64,000 nt of DNA from Roseicyclus sp. (GTDB lineage Bacteria > Pseudomonadota > Alphaproteobacteria > Rhodobacterales > Rhodobacteraceae), in NCBI RefSeq assembly GCF_018402035.1, contig NZ_JAGYJN010000001.1, positions 746,327 through 810,326 of the forward strand, given 5' to 3'. Position numbers and translations under genes: made by a program. This document shows, one piece after another, positions 59,113-64,000 of the stretch. The notes below the pieces were generated by a model. The model was not told the origin of the DNA, ran no database searches, and saw only the letters and a list, made by a program, of their open reading frames with translations. Every line of letters starts with the position of its first letter. Position 1 is the first letter of the stretch.

Positions 59113-60177
59113 ATGAAGACATTAAGAATATACAGCGTTTTGCCGGCTCCATTGGAGTATCGTTATCATGAGTACCTCGCGGCAAAAGAGAATGGGATGC
59201 ATTTTACATTATTTATTGGCGACGATGCGTCATCGATCAAAGCAACGAGGTCACGGTTTCAAAATGTATGGCAAGTGTATAACTGTCGAGTTTCCAAAAT
59301 TTTGAGTTTTAAATATCAGAACCAGACTATTCCAAATTTTATATTTGGTTCGTATGATTTCTTTTTTATACAGGCGCACTTCAAATATATTGATTTTTGG
59401 ATTATCTGTTTCATTAACTTGATATTAAGACGCAAATTGATAGTGCATGGCCAAGGTTTGTATAGATATAGGAAGCCTGGATTGCTTCGAATGTTAGCAT
59501 ATTTCATTGTCATCCGAAGTTGCTGTAAATATGTATGCTATAATGAATACTGTATGTTGGATTTGAAAGCCAAAATACCAAAAAAAATACGTCTGGATAA
59601 AGTTTTTTATGTGAATAATATAATAAGGGTTAAAAATCAGAATATACAGCTAAGACAAAATGTAGATATTCTATTCATCGGCAGACTAAGGGAGCAAACT
59701 CGAGCGAACGAATTCCTCAAAGTATTCAGTAGGTCAGATCAAACACGACAGTTTCACGTGATTGGAGACGGTCCACAGTTATTGGCTTTACAAGAACAAT
59801 ATGCATCAGATTCCCGGATTATTTTTTATGGAGGTTTAACGGATCATTTAGAAATCAATGCGATTGCTGAAAAATGTTCGTTTGGTGTTTATCCCGGCAA
59901 CGCGGGGTTATCATTGGTGCATTATGCTGCTTTAGGATTAATTCCGATATTTCATAACAAATTGTGGGACCACATGGGCCCTGAGTGTGGTTACTTCCAA
60001 AACTATTTAGATGATGTGTCCTTTGATAAGGACAATTTAGAGTCGATATTACATAGAATAGAAGAGATTGAACGATCGGGGCGCACCTTGGAATTACGAA
60101 ATAATATGTTGGAGCTTTATAACTCGATTACACTAGAAAGCTTTGGCGAAAAGTTTGGGTGTATGTTAAAGAAATGA
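59113..60177 (+). CDS. glycosyltransferase family 4-like
   Basis: DILFIGRLREQTRANEFL...FHVIGDGPQLLALQEQY...IIFYGGL. ATG at 59113 (the ORF-track TTG is at 59107). Confidence 0.6.
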   Translation: MKTLRIYSVLPAPLEYRYHEYLAAKENGMHFTLFIGDDASSIKATRSRFQNVWQVYNCRVSKILSFKYQNQTIPNFIFGSYDFFFIQAHFKYIDFWIICFINLILRRKLIVHGQGLYRYRKPGLLRMLAYFIVIRSCCKYVCYNEYCMLDLKAKIPKKIRLDKVFYVNNIIRVKNQNIQLRQNVDILFIGRLREQTRANEFLKVFSRSDQTRQFHVIGDGPQLLALQEQYASDSRIIFYGGLTDHLEINAIAEKCSFGVYPGNAGLSLVHYAALGLIPIFHNKLWDHMGPECGYFQNYLDDVSFDKDNLESILHRIEEIERSGRTLELRNNMLELYNSITLESFGEKFGCMLKK

Positions 60178-61307
60178 AAATAGGTAAATATACCCTAATT
60201 TTATTACTTCTGACTTTCAGTCTGCTTACCAATGCCAAGATTGTCGCTCATTTTCGCATGGTTGACTTAGTAATTATTTTTTACATCGTAACTCACTCTC
60301 GTCATCTGTCCTTAAATCGTAAGGAGGTGGCGTTAATTTCTGCATTTTTAGTCGTCATCTCAGTGACATCATTTCTTAACTTTGATGGTAATCCACGCGT
60401 TCACGAGATTGTTTTCTATTATAAGTATCTCTTTTTTTTCCTCACATTGATTTTAATAAGGAATCTTACCAAAGCGCGGCGAACGTCGATCGATACGCCC
60501 ATATGCATAAATAAAATATCGCCGATGTTATTTATTAGGTATTTAGGAGTTTATTATATTATATTTAATTTTCTTTTCTTCTTTAATAATTCTTTTCTCA
60601 GTGTGACTGGTGCTTCCAGAGTTTCCATTCCTTTTTCTTCTCTTGATGTGGGTACTTCAAATGCTCCAGCATACAGTATTATCTTATTTGCGATCGCTAT
60701 CTACTTTGACAGGTATGGTAAATCCCAGCTTGATTCTATTATTTCTTTCGGTTTGATCATTTCCGCACTACTTGCAGGATCAAGATCGGGCGTGGTGATA
60801 TTTGTCTTATATATCATATTTTACCGACGACCCGTATTTGATAAAAGAACTGTATCGGTGATTTTGATCTGCATAGTTGGAATAATTTTATATGGTGACA
60901 ACATTAGTGGAGTATTTCTAGAATTAGTGTCTAGAACTTTTGAATTTAATTTGATGTCAGACACAAGTGCTCAAGATCGGTTATTCAAGCAATTTCTTGC
61001 GATAGAGATGACACTTGAAAAATCAGCAATGTTTTTTGGAATTGGCCATGAAAATACGTCAATCACTTGGTACGATGGAATGGTGGGTAACCTGTTGATA
61101 ATTGGTGGCGCACCAGCAGTTCTCATTTTCTCGATGGTAATTTACGTGACCTGTAAATCGATTGACGATGGCCCCAAAATGTTCGTCATTCTATTTACTG
61201 CAGTGAGTTTAATATCAGAGTTCGTATTAACAAGTTATGTATGCGGTATTTTACTTCTGCTAACACTGTCTACCGAGGAAAATAATAATGCAGCTAAACC
61301 AATTTAA
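60174..61307 (+). CDS. O-antigen polymerase/ligase-like (Wzy-type) polytopic membrane protein
   Basis: About 10 hydrophobic segments and a LLAGSRSGVVIF motif typical of the Wzy_C region. ATG at 60174 overlaps the upstream stop (ATGA). Confidence 0.6.
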   Translation: MKIGKYTLILLLLTFSLLTNAKIVAHFRMVDLVIIFYIVTHSRHLSLNRKEVALISAFLVVISVTSFLNFDGNPRVHEIVFYYKYLFFFLTLILIRNLTKARRTSIDTPICINKISPMLFIRYLGVYYIIFNFLFFFNNSFLSVTGASRVSIPFSSLDVGTSNAPAYSIILFAIAIYFDRYGKSQLDSIISFGLIISALLAGSRSGVVIFVLYIIFYRRPVFDKRTVSVILICIVGIILYGDNISGVFLELVSRTFEFNLMSDTSAQDRLFKQFLAIEMTLEKSAMFFGIGHENTSITWYDGMVGNLLIIGGAPAVLIFSMVIYVTCKSIDDGPKMFVILFTAVSLISEFVLTSYVCGILLLLTLSTEENNNAAKPI

Positions 61308-61800
61308 ACTTCACCGGCCATTATTTTTTAGACTTAAACAGGGTGTTTGGCTTATTATATCGTTTTTATTTTTTACAACTTTTTTTCCATGGCCAAGCGA
61401 GATAAAAGTAATAATTTTGAGAGTTTTCGGAGCTCAGATAGGTCGTGGGGTGATCATACGTCCTAATGTTTATATAAAATTGCCCTGGAATTTAAGCATT
61501 GAAAGCGATGTTTGGATAGGCTACGGCGTCCATCTTGATAATGACGAGTTAATCACCATCGGCGGTGGGAGCTGTCTGAGCCAGTATACTAGGATTTTCA
61601 CAGGATCCCACGACTTTAGAAGTACAGGGTTCGATTTCGTTGGTGAACAAGTTAAGATTGGGTCCAGGTGCTGGATCGCGGCTTGTTGCGTTGTTCTGCC
61701 TGGAGTGGTGATCGAAAGTGAAAATTTTTACAAGGCAGGTACCATTATCAAAAAAGGAGAGTTGAATGAAAATATCTCTCATCATGCTGACGAAGAATAG
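61288..61800 (+). CDS. hexapeptide-repeat O-acetyltransferase (WcaF-like)
   Basis: An N-terminal TM followed by left-handed beta-helix repeats (IGRGVIIRPNVYI, VWIGYGVHL, VKIGSRCWIAACCVVLPGVVI). Confidence 0.7.
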   Translation: MQLNQFKLHRPLFFRLKQGVWLIISFLFFTTFFPWPSEIKVIILRVFGAQIGRGVIIRPNVYIKLPWNLSIESDVWIGYGVHLDNDELITIGGGSCLSQYTRIFTGSHDFRSTGFDFVGEQVKIGSRCWIAACCVVLPGVVIESENFYKAGTIIKKGELNENISHHADEE

Positions 61801-62530
61801 CAATTCTAATTTGCCGGCAACCTTAGCCTCACTGCACGATCAGACATATAAAAACTGGGAGCTGATCGTGCAGGATTGTTTGTCGGACGATGGAACAGCT
61901 GCATCATTTCTCAACGAAACCGATAAGAGAATTGAATTTATCTCCGAGAGAGATGAAGGATTATACGATGGCCTAAACAAGGCGATTAAGAGAGTTACGG
62001 GAGATATTGTGGGTGTCTTGCACTCCGATGATAAGCTGTACGATTGTAATACTTTGAAAACGGTAGCTAGTACTTTTGCTGATAATCTCACGGAAGTTGT
62101 TTATGGAAATGTGGAGTTTGTAAGACAGCTTGATGATCGTAATCCCGTTCGCATCTGGCGGGCGGGACACTATTCGCCCCAAAGGTTACGTTATGGTTGG
62201 ATGCCACCGCACACATCTACTTTCATTAAAACGAGCCTCCTAGGTGAAGTCGGTGATTACCGTACCGATTATAAGATTGCAGGAGATTATGATTTTTTGG
62301 TCCGAGTTCTAAAATTGCCAAAACTCAAAATAAAATATATCAATCAGACTTTGTGTCGAATGAAATTGGGTGGTTTGAGTACAAAGAAATCGTTTGGACG
62401 CCTCACAAATGTTTTTCTCGAAGATTATCGTGTGGTTAAGGAAAATAAAATTGGTGGTTTGGGTACAGTAGTGTTTAAGAAGTTGAGGAAAATACACCAA
62501 TCCACCCGATTTTTAACATTGTTCAGATGA
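61766..62530 (+). CDS. glycosyltransferase family 2
   Basis: ISLIMLTKNSNSNLPATLASLHDQTYKNWELIVQDCLSDDGT and VLHSDD motifs. An AAGGAG Shine-Dalgarno lies 7 nt upstream of ATG 61766. Confidence 0.75.
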   Translation: MKISLIMLTKNSNSNLPATLASLHDQTYKNWELIVQDCLSDDGTAASFLNETDKRIEFISERDEGLYDGLNKAIKRVTGDIVGVLHSDDKLYDCNTLKTVASTFADNLTEVVYGNVEFVRQLDDRNPVRIWRAGHYSPQRLRYGWMPPHTSTFIKTSLLGEVGDYRTDYKIAGDYDFLVRVLKLPKLKIKYINQTLCRMKLGGLSTKKSFGRLTNVFLEDYRVVKENKIGGLGTVVFKKLRKIHQSTRFLTLFR

Positions 62531-62754
62531 ATTGGGTAACAAAATATAATACCAAAACGCATTAGTGATTTTTTATAAAATTAACCTAATGGAACACTAA
62601 GGAAGTTATTAGTGCGTTTGAAACTTAAAAATCTGAGATTGGATTAATAAGACTATAATCGAGATAAGATTGTGGTCGCCTTAGCTCGATCACATAATAA
62701 ATACTGCTAATATACAATTAGTGTGATTGAAAAACTATAGAAAAGGGAAATATC

Positions 62755-63753
62755 GTGTTCGATGGTCAAAAAATTCTACTAACAGGTGGCACTGGCTCGT
62801 TTGGCCACAAATTTGTTGAAATGGTTCTTAGCAAATATAAGCCAAATAAGATTATAATATTTTCCCGAGATGAAATGAAACAATGGGAAATGGCAAAGCT
62901 TTATCAAGGCGATTCCCGAGTAAGGTTTTTTATTGGTGATGTTCGAGATCGCGACCGTCTGTATCGTGCTTTTGATGGTGTTGATTATGTAGTTCATGCG
63001 GCTGCAACAAAAATTGTCCCGACAGCTGAATATAACCCATTTGAATGTGTTAAAACAAACGTTAATGGTGCTATGAACGTCATTGACGCCGCGATTGACA
63101 AGGGCGTCAAAGGCGTTGTTGCTCTGTCCACTGACAAGGCCAGTAGCCCAATCAACCTGTATGGTGCAACTAAGCTAACATCAGATAAACTATTTGTTGC
63201 AGCAAATGCCTATTCGAGTGAACATGGAACTAAATTTTCGGTTGTTCGATATGGGAATGTAATGGGATCCCGTGGCTCGGTTATTCCATTTTTTGAATCA
63301 ATGAAGCACAAAGGTGTTTTGCCGATTACCGATGAACGCATGACACGTTTTATGATTACACTGGACCAAGGTGTAGAATTGGTTTGGCACGCGTTTGACG
63401 ATATGGTTGGCGGAGAAATTTATGTAAAGAAAATCCCCTCTATGTCTGTGGTCGATTTGGCTCGTGCTTTGGCACCTGAATGTAAATTGGAATTTGTTGG
63501 CATTCGTCCAGGCGAGAAACTGCATGAGCAGATGATCGGAGAAGAGGATTCGCATTACACATTCGAATACCCCAAGCATTACAAGATTTTGCCCGTCATC
63601 AATGAGTGGTCGACATCGCCTGAGCGTATCAAGGATGGCGTCAAAGTTGCCGAAGGTTTTGTGTATCGCAGCGATAATAATACGGAATGGATGTCTGCGG
63701 GTGAATTGATGGAATGGGTCAACAGCAACCGTGACTATATAGGTAAGATTTAG
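62755..63753 (+). CDS. pseB: UDP-N-acetylglucosamine 4,6-dehydratase (inverting), PseB-type
   Basis: KILLTGGTGSFGHKFV, FFIGDVRDRDRL, AAATKIVPTAEYNPFECVKTNVNGA and YGATKL motifs; 332 aa, GTG start. Confidence 0.85.
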   Translation: MFDGQKILLTGGTGSFGHKFVEMVLSKYKPNKIIIFSRDEMKQWEMAKLYQGDSRVRFFIGDVRDRDRLYRAFDGVDYVVHAAATKIVPTAEYNPFECVKTNVNGAMNVIDAAIDKGVKGVVALSTDKASSPINLYGATKLTSDKLFVAANAYSSEHGTKFSVVRYGNVMGSRGSVIPFFESMKHKGVLPITDERMTRFMITLDQGVELVWHAFDDMVGGEIYVKKIPSMSVVDLARALAPECKLEFVGIRPGEKLHEQMIGEEDSHYTFEYPKHYKILPVINEWSTSPERIKDGVKVAEGFVYRSDNNTEWMSAGELMEWVNSNRDYIGKI

Positions 63754-63755
63754 CC

Positions 63756-64000
63756 ATGATCCCATATGGTCGCCAAGATATCCAAGACAGTGACATCGCC
63801 GCAGTTCTTAAGGTTTTGCAGTCTGATTTTTTGACGCAAGGCCCTGCGGTTCCCAAGTTTGAACAGTCTGTTGCGCAGCACAGTGGTGCACGCCATGCTG
63901 TGGCTGTAAACAGCGCTACATCGGCGCTGCATATTGCGTTGATGGCTTTGGGCGTAGGGGCTGGAGATGTTGTGTGGACATCACCCAACACCTTTGTTGC
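63756..64000 (+). CDS. pseC: DegT-family aminotransferase, PseC-like (5' part; continues beyond the window)
   Basis: Hand translation from ATG 63756 gives MIPYGRQDIQDSDIAAVLKVLQSDFLTQGPAVPKFEQSVAQHSGARHAVAVNSATSALHIAL. It lies immediately after pseB. Confidence 0.75.
   Translation, partial: MIPYGRQDIQDSDIAAVLKVLQSDFLTQGPAVPKFEQSVAQHSGARHAVAVNSATSALHIALMALGVGAGDVVWTSPNTFV

Larger units (their letters stand above)
27814..64000. mobile_element. integrase-associated genomic island(s) at tRNA-Cys (right end beyond the window); compositionally mosaic
   Basis: There is an abrupt composition change at the broken tRNA-Cys. The segment carries two tyrosine recombinases, one large serine recombinase, five TA-type modules, ParB-like genes and a surface-glycan locus. 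Sampled 60-nt lines give about 38-40% GC at 35.1 and 41.4 kb, 48-67% at 46.5 and 49.5 kb, and 18% at 53.4 kb. Confidence 0.75.

Noticed and set aside
53963-60439. A8/T8 homopolymer runs inside AT-rich glycan genes (T8 at 53963-53970, A8 at 59580-59587, T8 at 60432-60439) as phase-variation switches
   Set aside because: In DNA this AT-rich, 8-nt A/T runs are expected by composition. Classical contingency loci use longer or G/C tracts, and I see no supporting evidence.
27814-64000. CRISPR arrays, IS elements, conjugation (T4SS/relaxase) or phage structural genes in the island
   Set aside because: I looked for regularly spaced repeats, transposase DDE motifs, and relaxase, VirB4, capsid or terminase-like proteins among the translations. 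None were seen, so in this window the island looks non-self-transmissible.

Overview
The window has two parts. Positions 1-27,776 are high-GC housekeeping chromosome (about 50-65% GC in the 60-nt lines I counted). The gene order looks like a Rhodobacteraceae-type alphaproteobacterium: ferredoxin, htrA, hflKC, gor, rpiA, purA, secG, pyrG, glmU, glmS, apt, tRNA-Leu, a rhomboid protease, a PopZ-like protein, tolC and pcm. At 27,813 the sequence breaks inside the anticodon loop of a tRNA-Cys gene. Everything from there to the window end (more than 36 kb) looks horizontally acquired and compositionally mosaic. It contains a 1.6-kb toxin-antitoxin (TA) remnant, an intact but divergent tRNA-Cys, and two tyrosine recombinases. 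It also holds five TA-type modules, galU, and a tightly coupled four-gene operon built around a small clamp-loader-like AAA+ ATPase with three unrecognisable partners. Further along are a five-gene operon with a large serine recombinase and two ParB-like proteins, an RfaH/NusG-like factor, and a large surface-glycan locus. That locus has a GDP-fucose block at host-like GC and then a very AT-rich block. The AT-rich block carries ugd, an ABC exporter, three unknown genes, glycosyltransferases, a Wzy-like protein, an acetyltransferase and pseB/pseC. My best candidate for an undescribed system is the four-gene AAA+ operon at 34,842-37,862. The serine-recombinase/ParB operon (40,050-44,382) and the DUF120-like trio in the glycan locus (54,934-58,062) are secondary candidates. 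I found no CRISPR array, rRNA or IS transposase. All functional calls come from reading the supplied translations and DNA by eye. No database search was run, and DUF family names are from memory.
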